A stretch of 62,860 bases of DNA, counting the filler, from Asterionella formosa (taxonomy: Eukaryota): NCBI GenBank assembly GCA_002256025.1. It is 13 parts of 13 records of this genome, joined end to end, with 100 filler letters (N's around TTAATTAATTAA, not from the genome) between each part and the next. Parts side by side here need not be neighbours in the genome. Positions count along the whole stretch, not along the records: positions 1 to 23,096 come from NKIB01002534.1; 12 more parts are not named here. One strand, written 5' to 3'. Below, piece by piece: positions 1 to 11,709 of this stretch (position 1 is the stretch's first letter; each line of letters begins with the position of its first letter). A model generated the notes under the pieces. The model searched no databases. It saw only the letters and a list, made by a program, of their open reading frames with translations, and was not told the origin of the DNA. The position numbers were made by a program, and so were the translations under genes.

Positions 1-255
1 GGTTTCCTTAAGTAGACCCCTTGCCGATTTCGGCAATCCCAGGGCTGGAAAACCGAGGGGCAATTGGCGTCTGTTGTCTTGCCAAAATGCGAACATATGA
101 AATATACAAAATATCTTTTTTAATGATGGGCAATATTGGACCTTTGGCAATTTTCGAGGTGAAGATAGGAAATAAACAAAATATATTTTATATGATGGGC
201 AATAGTAGGCTAAAATTGACATTTATGCTAAATTTGTGGGCAGTAGGTAAGCGAG

Positions 256-509
256 TGACTCGACGATAGCTAGAGCGGGAATTGCCTCAACAATACCCTT
301 GTCGGCGGCTACTTGCCTTCTCGTATACATGTGTACTCGACTGGGATGGCACTCGTAGGGTGACCTTCTTGCAGCGCCAGGGGCGCCACTTGTACGGTCA
401 ACCTACTCGCGCCACCCAGCCTCGAACACATGTATACTCGCAGGCAAGAGACCACCTCGGGCGTGTATTGCCTTCAGCAAGTAAGAAGGTATTGTAGCTC
501 GTCCTCTCA
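256..509. other. Long imperfect GC-rich inverted repeat (rod-like hairpin)
   Basis: CAATAC 291-296/GTATTG 465-470, CTTGCCT 312-318/AGGCAAG 442-448, GTATACATGTGT 323-334/ACACATGTATAC 426-437, GCGCC-AGG-GGCGC apex 374-386; weaker pairing out to ~256/509. Confidence 0.8.
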
Positions 510-948
510 GGTACTACTAGATCTAATTATAACTAGGGTGAATTCAATATTTCTTGAGACATTAAAGTTTCTAATGTCATCGTTTTGCCTCATACCAGTA
601 TGTACCACAGCGGTTTACACTTCTGTACATTCATAGTTCCTGTAGTGTTAAATGCATAAAAAAAGATTTCTGGAAAAAGGAGTCTTGACACTCAGAATTG
701 TGATTGGCAATTGTACCAAGGTTTGGAAAATGGCTTTTCCAGAAAATCATTCTTCAAAATTAGATTTTGATAATATTGAAATTAATTGGCCTGTGTGAAA
801 ACATTAGAAATTTCTAAATCTCTTAGTAAAATTGTCGGAGGAGTCGAATTTGAATGCCTGCCAGCGCTGCGTTCCAGTTTCGGCAAAATGACCGCAACTT
901 GCCAGTACCTGGTACCATTCTGAGAGTACATATGGCTATCTATGCAAG

Positions 949-1040
949 ACCAGCAAGTTGCAGTAATTGTGCTGAAAATAAAACTTTCTTTATCCTAGAT
1001 TGAATTTTTTATTTAAGCCAAATGACCGCAACTTGAAGGT
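949..1040. mobile_element. ~100-bp MITE, family A copy 1
   Basis: ACCAGCAAGTTGCAGTAATT...AAATGACCGCAACTTG inverted ends; homologous to 1134-1235 and 60964-61092; a further right end at ~883-904. Confidence 0.65.
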
Positions 1041-1133
1041 ACCAGGTTATGAGTGGACTACCAGTAAATACACACCGGCGTATTCCTACAAACACAAATA
1101 CAACATATTTACCATATGCTTGAGGAAGAAAAG

Positions 1134-1235
1134 ACCAGCAAGTTTCGGTAATTGCGCTGAAACTAAAACTTGAGCTTTACTTCTTTATCCCATATTAAAT
1201 TGTTTATTTAAGCAAAACGACCGCAACTTGCTGGT
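1134..1235. mobile_element. ~100-bp MITE, family A copy 2
   Basis: ACCAGCAAGTTTCGGT...ACCGCAACTTGCTGGT inverted ends, followed by ACCGGTAGCTA. Confidence 0.7.
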
Positions 1236-1379
1236 ACCGGTAGCTAGTACCTGGTACTCACTCCGTCCAAAACAGTTGCATCGATTTCCAGCACCACCAG
1301 TGTCTTTAGAGTTCGCATATAAAAATTTATGCAGCCAACATAGCAACCGTCTACCTGAGGGGCGGCTTACTCGATAGGG

Positions 1380-3000
1380 TCATCAATCTCTCCTCTCTGT
1401 GGGTTGGTGGAGTAAAGCAATCGCTCCTTGACTGCAACATGCATAGGATCAATCATAATCTCTATAAGCCAAGCAGTTTCTGCACTGCTCCAGTTATGGG
1501 TGGAAAGCGAACAAATAGGGCGGATGTTCATTCACTTCCCCTGGTTTTGCATGTATCTGATATGAAACCATATAACCAACTGTTTTTGAATTGACACTTC
1601 CGAACCGGAAGTTGATAAACATTTCTTCATGTGGTTGCCTCCCTTATTCAAAGTATTTTACCATAGAGAGAGTTGACCATCGTTTGTGCTTCCTCTGTAT
1701 CCAAGTTTTGGATTTCGGCAACTGAAAACATCTGCATGGTGTTCGGTAGAGGCCGTACCGGCGTTACATCATTAAAAAGAGCACGGTCATGGAAGTCTAA
1801 TGGGATTGTTTCCAGAGAGGCAGGAGTCAGGAATTTACCGCTTTCTGTACCTGTTGCAGAAGCACGATATCCATACTATAAAAACTGATTGTCTTAGATG
1901 TGCAAGGGAATGAGGAGGCGAGGCGCCTTGCAACAGGTTCATCAGGCTCATCATCTAGCAATCATGATTTCTATAGCACATTAAAACTAGCCTGTTTATG
2001 GATTTGTCCGCATTGCGCTCCATGGCCCAGAAAATTGGGTTGGCGGATTTTTGATGGTTGGCCACCTCCTTGTATCGACGTTGGGTCTTAAATTTTTTGT
2101 GGTAATGTTTATCTTGTCCCAATTTCTTTGGCTGAACTGCTCGTATCAGCTTGGAAATTGAATGCTAAGTGTGGACTAATAAAATACTTTTGTGTGGGCC
2201 ACACTCAAGGTGTTTCTGTTGTTAATATTCCTGTGGCTCCTTGCTCTGAACCATGTGCGACAAAAAATCCTTGTTTGATGTCTGACCTTGGTTAGATTGA
2301 AGCCTGGATGTGGCGACCAAGTAGTGTGCCTTTTCAAGAAATCTTAATTTTTATTCAATTTTGCTTGGAGCATGCATATCATCTAATGGAGCTGAGAAAA
2401 GATGGGCANNNNNNNNNNNNNNNNNNNNNNNNNNNNNNNNNNNNNNNNNNNNNNNNNNNNNNNNNNNNNNNNNNNNNNNNNNNNNNNNNNNNNNNNNNNN
2501 NNNNNNNNNNNNNNNNNNNNNNNNNNNNNNNNNNNNNNNNNNNNNNNNNNNNNNNNNNNNNNNNNNNNNNNNNNNNNNNNNNNNNNNNNNNNNNNNNNNN
2601 NNNNNNNNNNNNNNNNNNNNNNNNNNNNNNNNNAATTTCCCAAGTCATTCTTTTGGACGGAGCTTCTAATAGTATCATGTACATAAAGTCGCCCACTGTT
2701 CCTGTAGCTCGAGCCGCCTCTGACGCAATGCGCTCCTCTTGTCCTCAGCGTCTGATTTCATGTTCTGCCACTTCGAGTTTCTCCATCAATTCCTCTTCCT
2801 TTTCCCTCTTTTTCTGTCTGGTTTGATTACCGTTCTTTCGTTTTGTTGAGCCTGGATAAGCTGTTCCTTTGTTGCCGTGAAGTGGCTGGCCTTAGCGTCC
2901 TTTTTCCTCATGATGGAGCATGTGTTTTGGCCGATCTGCTGATCGTCATTACCTGGATGTACGTATAGCTTAACAACCAATAGTGATTTTTACGAAAGTG
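1380..3000 (-). pseudogene. Degenerate reading frame(s), probably a TE relic of unknown family
   Basis: Long, mostly open minus-strand frames broken by isolated stops (e.g. RFLEKAHYLV...KFKTQRRYKEVANHQKSANPIFWAMERNA); spans an N gap; no family recognised. Confidence 0.3.
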
Positions 3001-4269
3001 CTGAGTAAGTCCTTTTTAATTAGCCTCTATACTTGGCTAAAAAGTGTTCATCAGGCTCATCAGTGTTTGCTGTGACTCCGGGAAGTGCTTGGTTACATGG
3101 TGGAAGCCTTGAGCTTTGCGATCCACTAGCTGATGATCCTTTGCTTGCTGCCAGCAGGAGACAGAGGAGGAGTGCTGTTCCATGTTGTAATCACTATGGA
3201 AGGAAGGGTGGCTGGTTGTTGGAAGTAGCCAACATTGACACCTGTTCACTGATGGTGAAATATGGTGATGGTAAAAACTATTATAATTATAATATACATA
3301 TATATAGGTGATATGTGACAATCACCAAACACACCAGACCAGCACAACATACCAGCCAAGGAAAAAGCAATGATAGCCCGCCCTCAACCAAATTATGATT
3401 GGCTACGCAAATAGAACATCATGGTTTAACAGCAAAATCGAGATTAGATTTTGCTGTTAAAATATTTGCCTCTTTTCCAGGTTTGTTTAGCGAAAAAAAT
3501 GCTCGGATAATTTTTGATGTCACGACACCAAGTTTTTTTTTCAGAACAAGTGTTTATCACAAAAATTTTATCCCTAAGGAAATGGCCCATAATGATAAGA
3601 GCATCCCTTACTACCGTATACCATTTTGCAGTACTTAGCAAGTAGAGACGATTTATATGCGTACCTGTATGTGTCAGGGTTCTCCGTCAACCAGAAACGG
3701 GAGTATGGAGTAGTACAGTACAACATAGTAAGGGTAACACACCGGAGTAGGAAGTACTGGTACCAGGTACCAGGTCACCAGGTACCTGGCTGCATGCAAA
3801 GTGATCCCGCTCAACTAGACACACACCTATAGGGTTAGAGTTTCATAGATGATGTCAGAACTCTAGTATCACACCAACGTATTGAATACTTTATTTAGTG
3901 TCAACCTACCGGTATATAGGAGAACGATGTGCACACAAAGATTAACTAATAAGCGCATAAATTCAACAAATACTACTTCTACCGGTAGTTCACATGGAAC
4001 TTCGTACCAGGTACCTTACATTGTTTATCGACTTGTACCTGGAAGGTCCGGTAACGCGCGTTTTACGTGCATCTCCTCAGTTTCGCCTCACTTCTGATGG
4101 TTCGTCGGCCAGCTTTCAATTACAAATATTCCCTAAGTAATCAACTTTACCGTTAAATGGTAATTTGTAAATACAAGTCATGTTCTAAAAATTCAAATTG
4201 AGTACACCTACCACAACTCTACCGGTACGAGTATTCAGAAGCTGGAGGACGGTTTGCTTATATGGTTCA

Positions 4270-4378
4270 CCAATTAGTAACTTTGTCGCAGTCATCAATT
4301 TCTATATTCATAGTGAGCAGTTTCTAGTCGCAGTCAGCAGTTTCTAGTTGTCCGCAGCAATTTATAGTCGAATATAGT
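4270..4378. repeat. Degenerate ~20-bp tandem repeat (cagtcagcagtttctag)
   Basis: 4-5 units; related array at 10664-10775. Confidence 0.6.
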
Positions 4379-4498
4379 CAAAGAGTCATTTTGAAAATGT
4401 CAATGAACCACTGAATAAAAGAAATTATTAAACAGAGCCTAACAGTTTTGCTGTAAGACCCACGGTCCCAAAAATTCTCAGTATGACATATTATTTTT

Positions 4499-4592
4499 TG
4501 ATTGATCATACAAAAAAAATGATTGATCATACAGAAATATTGATTGATCATACTGAAATACTGATTGATCATACAAAAAACTGATTGATATC
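4499..4592. repeat. ~21-bp tandem repeat (tgattgatcatac...)
   Basis: 4-5 consecutive units; the same core word recurs at ~8750. Confidence 0.8.
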
Positions 4593-4929
4593 AACTAACG
4601 TTTTGGTGTTCGATCTAAAGATAGTAATTGTGAGATCAAATCAGTCATTCATTCAGTCTAACCTTTGGAATGCTAATATCAAATAGAATTTTCAGCTTTC
4701 GATCTAACGTGCATTACTACTGATCTAACTTATTTCTCACATTGATCATACCTATTATCATGTTCGATCAATGATGAACACAAATCGAATTAAATGGATT
4801 GCTATTTAATACTCAAATATTCTACTTCTGGTCACCCATACTTTCCACTGTGCATCCTCTATCAGAATTAGCACACAGTGGTCTTCAATACCTTAATTTT
4901 CACTTCCGGTAGCTATGTTTAGATCATTG

Positions 4930-5800
4930 CGTCTTCAAAATGAAATGAGAGAGTAAACGAAATTGATGATGCTTTATTCGAACCTCTACCATTGCGAATG
5001 GCAGCAAGTCAAATTCTCCAATGTTCTTGTACGACTTTCCTGTAAGAGATAATAACAACAATGTTAGAAAAATTGTTGCATCAAGTAAGCAAGGAAGGCA
5101 TCTAAACATAGATATGTGCAACGAAACGATCACATGAACAATCCATCACTCCAATTTCCTTAAGAGCAGGCAATGTGCATGTAACTTACCTGTGCTCTCA
5201 TGGTTGATTGTTGCTTTCATTAAGAATGGTAGCAAACCACATTCTCCAAGGTTCCTGTAGGATTTTGAGGAGATAATATCAATGTTAGCGAAAGTGTTGC
5301 AACGATTAAAGCATCTCCAGCCACACATGTGCTGCCACTAACTGATGACATAAACAACCCTAACAGTAACTTCACGTCGTTCTAATCGACATAACGAGCA
5401 TCAAATGAGAGTATAGTAACTTACCTATGCTCTCACTGTTGATTGATGGCGAGTGACAGGTTGCATTGTTAACCCTCACATCTGCATATGTGGAAGGGAA
5501 AGATGTTATTAATGTCGAAATCCAAATTATTGAACACAGACACTACAAACCCTCTGCAGCATGGTGCACAAAGATATTAAGTGCGGTTTCTTACCTCGTG
5601 ATTAGGTTGATTTTTATCGTTGGTCCTGAGGAAGTGTAGAAACTTTGAGTGGTAGCAGCGCACATGAACAGTCTCACACGGTACCGAACATTAACCCCTT
5701 GGTAGCCACAGTTGAGAAGCAAAACAATCATATAACTTACCTCTTCTCACCGGTTGGTTTGATACCGGTAGAAGGCTCTCTATCACCATTCCCTCATCGT
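4930..5800 (-). repeat. Degenerate ~200-bp tandem units with coding/intron-like character
   Basis: Paralogous peptides KSYKNIGEFDLLPF and KSYRNLGECGLLPF; recurring minus-strand GGTAAGTTA donors (~5185, 5420, 5735) and cacatgaaca words. Confidence 0.4.
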
Positions 5801-5995
5801 TTGTTATGTGGAATAGAATGCACTACCGGCATGAATTTCTTAACGATATCTCAACATTTCCTCTTTTTCAAAAAGTGTGTATAACATACATCTCTGTATG
5901 TCTAGTAACTTTTTCGAAGGAACATTTAATACCCTACCAGTATGTATGATTATATAAAATAGACAAGACTTGTTAACAGGAATTCAAATACCTGG

Positions 5996-6265
5996 TACTG
6001 TGAAACTGTACCTATTACTACGCTGTTACTGTGAAACTGTAGGTTTGCCCTACCAGCATTCCCTTCTTCCCCTTGTCTCAATACCCGGTCGGAACATGAC
6101 GTGGCTACTGTGAAACTGTACCTATTACTACGCTGGTACTGTGAAACTGTAGGTTTACCCTACCAGCATTCCCTTCTTCCCCTTGTCTCAATACCCAGTC
6201 GGAACATGACGTGGTGGCTACAGTGAAACTGTACGTATTACTAAGCTGGTACTATGAAACTGTAG
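5996..6265. repeat. ~107-bp tandem repeat (about 2.5 copies) with actgtgaaactgta subunits
   Basis: ccctaccagcattcccttcttccccttgtctcaatacc..gtcggaacatgacgtgg occurs twice. Confidence 0.9.
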
Positions 6266-6770
6266 CTTGCGCTACCAATCTAATGTCTATTACTGAGGTC
6301 GGTGCTGCATCGCTTCCAATCCAGCACTTTTCCACTGTATAATCCTATATTTGACAGAACATTATCCCTTTCTGCTTCCTTGTTCTGTTACAGTCACGTT
6401 TTTCTTGACAACTTGACATTTGCACGCTGTCGATGGTACCATATATCACTTGTTATCTGGAATGGCAAATGTTCCGAGTGCTACAAGGAATGGAACGATC
6501 TTGGTTGTGAAGGGGATACCGATCGCAGATTTTTCAATCAGGAAAAACGTGTTTCTATGGCGTTTTTCATGTCTGTTCAAGAGATAACGGAAGAGTAAGG
6601 AACAACTCTTACTGGTTAGATACTTTGATCATGATGACAAAGGCAAGGAGAAGAGACTAGATGACAGTGTCCGGATTTTGTTCTCAACAAATTCTATGTG
6701 GTCCTAGAGTCTGGCTTGTTTAACAAAACATCTTTTGAAACTTAAAGGAAATTTCGGAATCATATAGGAC
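6230..6770 (+). repeat. Dispersed repeat with degenerate ORF; homologue of 54775-55300 (-)
   Basis: IYHLLSGMANVPSATRNGTILVVKGIPI...LLLVRYFDHDDKGKE matches ORF 54748-55122. Confidence 0.85.
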
Positions 6771-8439
6771 CAGCGATGATTTTATGGAAAACTCACTTTC
6801 CTTGAGATTTTAGACTACATCAAAAAGACAACAATATGCCACCAAATGCACCCATGAACTACATCCAGACTGGCGACCATGTCCTGTTTCAATATTTCCA
6901 ACTCCTTACTGGATAAATGGGACAAATCACTTTCCTCCTCGACCTGTTCTTTATTACTTTCCAATCACTCCTACAATTTCGGAACTCTTTGGTGACAAGT
7001 CATGGACTGCGTCTTCCGGATTGGCAACCATGTCTGGAGTTGCCTTTAATTTAAATTTTGCTTTTGCTTTGGAAGGGGGAGATTTTATTTCAAGTCTATC
7101 AGATTCAATAGACTCAATTAGACGCTCTGAGGAAGTAGAAACAAGATCTACCATGGGCATAAAAGCCCCACAATCTTTACTTCTTGGAATGGTATTGGGA
7201 GAAGATGAACTGGCATCAACTATTTCGTTTTCACTCGCTCGCCTGTGTCAATGATAAAATTCATTGGACTATTTTCGCCAACCATTGTTGCTGTACGACA
7301 TTGGAATCAGCTATTGATTGAATAATGGTTCTGGTACCCTCAAAAATATTTTACACTTTGGAGTGGCAAGAACATATGTGTGGGTCAAGCTACATTACAT
7401 ATAGTATTTAAGCTATATATATACTAAAGCGGTCACTTTGTGGAAAGTAGTATATGTGTGGCAATGGGGTTAGGCTGTCCTATATATTGCCTCTGATGTT
7501 GCCAATAAAGAGATTTCTTAAAACAATGGGATAGTACAATGTTATTAAGCAAAGTTATGATTGTTATTTTGAACCCCCTGCTATTCAATGNNNNNNNNNN
7601 NNNNNNNNNNNNNNNNNNNNNNNNNNNNNNNNNNNNNNNNNNNNNNNNNNNNNNNNNNNNNNNNNNNNNNNNNNNNNNNNNNNNNNNNNNNNNNNNNNNN
7701 NNNNNNNNNNNNNNNNNNNNNNNNNNNNNNNNNNNNNNNNNNNNNNNNNNNNNNNNNNNNNNNNNNNNNNNNNNNNNNNNNNNNNNNNNNNNNNNNNNNN
7801 NNNNNNNNNNNNNNNNNNNNNNNNNNNNNNNNNNNNNNNNNNNNNNNNNNNNNNNNNNNNNNNNNNNNNNNNNNNNNNNNNNNNNNNNNNNNNNNNNNNN
7901 NNNNNNNNNNNNNNNNNNNNNNNNNNNNNNNNNNNNNNNNNNNNNNNNNNNNNNNNNNNNNNNNNNNNNNNNNNNNNNNNNNNNNNNNNNNNNNNNNNNN
8001 NNNNNNNNNNNNNNNNNNNNNNNCGTTCTCCAATTCTGTTGTATAAATTGATCAAAGCTTTTGATTTCGAGTAACAAACAAACAATCAGACTTCGCCAGC
8101 ATAATTCCCCATCAATATCGAGACCATATAATTCGTTATTAGACTGAGTTCATCGTCGTCCCCGCAAGAAGGTAGCTTGTAAGGGATTCAACGAACGCAC
8201 ATGTCTTGTAAGAAATTCGATTACTGATATGTGAATGGAGAGATAAATACCGGTACAAAAATTGGATCAAAGCATCATGTACCGGTAGAGCATTCAAATC
8301 GGAATGGCAACAAGGAACGCACCGTTGTTGCACGGAATTCATTCTGATAGCATTATTGGGTACAAGGTTTACATACATCTAAGGTGATCTGTGTAAAGTC
8401 ATAACTTTCGCTAAAACAATAATTGATTAAAGAGCAACA

Positions 8440-8822
8440 GCTATTGATCAATCAAACAACATATCAATATATCAAAACATTTATTGGTTGGCAGATTAAA
8501 TTTGATAACTATTATATATGACTTCTATCTATGCGTAACCTAACGTGTGTAAGAAAGTAATCTGACAAACAAATTTGATTGACCACACCGACACGGTCAT
8601 TGATATATCAAAATGATCATCAACATAGCACAACATTTGATCAATATATCAACAATTTGGATTGACCAATTAGATTTGGTAACTAATATATACGAGTTCT
8701 TATATACGCATAACCTAAAATGTGTATGCTACTAACCTAATGTACAAATTTGATTGATCATACAGACACTACCGTTGATATATCAAAATTATCATCAACA
8801 TGTCAAAATATTTAAATGATCA
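8440..8822. repeat. Diverged ~190-bp tandem duplication upstream of the DDE relic
   Basis: tcaatatatcaa...tttgataactattatata...caaatttgattgaccacaccgacac...ttgatatatcaaaatgatcatcaacat occurs twice. Confidence 0.75.
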
Positions 8823-8994
8823 ATCAGTTTTTTAACGGATGCCGAGTAAAATGTTTGATCGAATGGAAAATCTATTCACAGACGCCGGTATATGATGCCG
8901 AATTGTTCTGAAATTTTACGTAACAACAACTAATAATAAGGGACCAACTCTCACACTGAACGCATCTGCTCCCCCCTATTCAGCAACTCCTGTC

Positions 8995-9790
8995 ATGGCC
9001 ATTTTTATCATTGATCAGCAGTTCATGATTCTTGGGCTTGAAAGTGCAGGATTCTCTGGCTGGGAGCGTACTTCCAACGCAACAAATGTGGAGCGCTTTC
9101 GGTGCTGGTATGGACCAAGAGCAAAGTGTTGTGAGAAAATTTGGTTCGACCTACAGAATAGTGTAGAGTGTTGCATTGGGAGTGATGCAAATCCATTGCA
9201 GTTCCTTCTGGCTCTTCGTTTCTTGAAGGAGTATCCTACAGAAACGGAATTAGCTGGAACACTTTTTTTTACTTCCAGAAAATTCAGCTGCAAAAAGAAG
9301 AAAAGTTCTGAAGGAAGATAGACGATGACTCAATTGTAAAACGTACTTCACTGCTTAGTACTCTGTTACTCATATTTGCTTCCTTAAACACTACTAATTA
9401 TATACCTGGTAAAAGATTGTATCTCGCTGGGACGATTTCGATGATACTGTTCCCATTTTCTTCATGTCAGTTGATGGAACTCATTTTCCAATTGAGGAGC
9501 CCCGAACATACTCAGAAAGAGGTCTAGCTGGTCATAAGTTGGGTGGTAAATCAGGACTTTATTATGAGATTGGTCTAAGCATTTTTGATTCAAAATTGTT
9601 ATGAATCCATGGTCCTACTCCTCCTGGCAGATATAACGATATCACTGTGATCCAGAGTCATGTCAAGGACGAAAGTCCCAATGGCAGGCGTGTAATTGCT
9701 GATCTTGGGTTGTGCGCATTTGATCCTCCATGGGAAGGCACTGCTAGTTCAGAGGCCATCAGTGCCAAGCTTCATTCTACGCAACAGTGA
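8995..9790 (+). pseudogene. Degenerate PIF/Harbinger/ISL2EU-like (DDE_Tnp_4) transposase
   Basis: ERFRCWYG...FLLALRFLKEYPTE (HTH region), then FFMSVDGTHFPIEEP...HKLGGKSGLYYEIGLSI...*IHGPTPPGRYNDI from ~9416 (read manually); stops and frameshifts. Confidence 0.75.
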
Positions 9791-10267
9791 GGAGCTGTTT
9801 AGAATGGAGGATTCTAGGTGTGATCGCATGGAACAAACTCACAATGTTCATGCAAACAAGATCCTTGCAGATATCATCAATCGTCAGGTAAAGACCATCT
9901 TGCTTGTTTTCCCATCTGGGTTTGTTCTCACTCCTTGCGATTCTACCGCCCAGTAAAGAAGGGAAGGTGAAGATTGCAATCCGTTCCTTGACTATGGATC
10001 ACATAATTGGAAAGAATCTTGTTGATACTGCTCACAACTACTTTCCAGCCCACAGGATGCTTCGCATCATTATTGGTGAGCGTCGATTTCTCAAGCTTTG
10101 CAAGGTTGATGAAGATGATATCGACAATGCATTTCAAGGTATGAATTTGAGCAAGTAAATTTTTGCAAAAGTTGTCAATACTAATACATGTTCAAAAAAC
10201 TACATCCACTTATAGGCATTTTGGATACTTAATTTAGTCGAATAAAAACAAGCCAGCAATATCTGTT

Positions 10268-10300
10268 GCAGCGGCAGCAGCAGCAGCAGCAGCAGCAGCA
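10268..10300. repeat. (GCA)n microsatellite
   Basis: gcagcggcagcagcagcagcagcagcagcagca. Confidence 0.9.
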
Positions 10301-10663
10301 GGTGAAGCAAGAGTACATCCTGCAACAGCAGGTGCTGGGAACGCAGAAGCTGCTGCATGCAGATTCTCCAGTTTGTAGATATGACACCCCAATCGGAGAT
10401 GAAAATGACCACTTAAAGCAATCATTCAATGATGCCAATCTCTAGAAGATAAAAATATAGTTTGAATATATACTTTTGCGTGGTATTATGTCCCAATATG
10501 TCACAAATATTGGCAGTGTTTTCACAAGGCCTGATAATGACTGTGACCATGTATATAGTCATTATTTTCCAGTACAGACATGTGTTCATATGTAGTCCTG
10601 GCAAGGCATCAGGATTGCATGTTGTAGAAGGTTATGCATATACTTCATAAGCAGAAGGGTCAT

Positions 10664-10775
10664 TTCAGCAATTTATAGTGGTCGTTGTTGCCTCAGCAAA
10701 TTCTATTTGTAGTCAGCAGATTCTATTCGTATTCAGCAGATTCTATTTGTAGTCAGCAGATTTCAGTCAAATTCA
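10664..10775. repeat. 20-bp tandem repeat (tcagcagattctatttgtag)
   Basis: About 4 units; related to 4270-4378. Confidence 0.75.
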
Positions 10776-11709
10776 GCGAGTTCTAAAATGTATTGAGGAA
10801 TTCCCATTTGTATTCCAAGAAGACGGTTTGCTCAACTGATGTATCAGTCAGCAAGTCATATTAGTCATCTTGTGCAAATCCGAGTCATGTTCAGTGACTG
10901 CATTCGCAAATCGTTATCAGTCCATTCCTAAATTGCCGGTACTTAAAAGGAATATTTGAAATCGAAAGCTGGCCTATCCTAGCAGGCATGAAATGAATCA
11001 TCGGCAGTGAGTTGAAACTGAAAGGATGCGCATTAAACGTGCATTCCCGGACCTTCCTGGTACCCTGCTGGTACGTTGTACCAGGTACAGTAAGTGTGCA
11101 TGCACAACCGGTAGGAGTTCATGGCAAGGAGCCACAGCCAGCGAACACTGTCATGACCATCCAAAAATATGCAAGCTTAAAATATGATCGACAATCAATC
11201 GTATGTTTCGTATAACGGTATGATGGTTGTGTTATTTTTGTGTCACCACCTGTTTGCTCGTGTTGTCCCTACACGCGAATGGGGATTTATTGAGTACCAG
11301 TAGTATATAATGTGACTGTCGACGGGCCGTCCCTTTCACAGCCGCAGATGTCAACTCTCACAGAAGTTCCCAGCATACGGTAGTAGAGGAGTATAAGGTG
11401 CCTGGTACCTGGTACGCACTTCGTCTTCAGACTGAACATACGTTGGATTCTTCGCACCTATACGGAGAATTCAAATCCGCCGGAACGGAATCTGAGGAGC
11501 CGAGCGACGGATCTTCATCGCCCTCACAATCACTCAAATCCAAGGACTTTCTCTCTGCGGATTCACTTTGAAGGCGAATCGAATCGTTGGTCACCGCCTA
11601 CATCACATCACTACCAGAACTTCGATCGATTGGACCCGCAGACGCAACCACCTTCAAGCCTTTCCTCTTGACCCACTTACTGAAAATCTATCATCAGATA
11701 CATTTCAGG

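Noticed and set aside
1..60. Terminus-like words shared with ~3572 (ctaaggaaa) and ~19786 (gggattgccga)
   Set aside because: Matches too short and truncated at the window edge
3045..3065. Minus-strand CTGATGA words (also near 1937-1953) suggesting a hammerhead ribozyme
   Set aside because: No matching GAAA with three stems found; reads as DEPDE codons
4499..4592. Short periodic repeats resembling a CRISPR array
   Set aside because: No unique spacers, eukaryotic context, no cas genes
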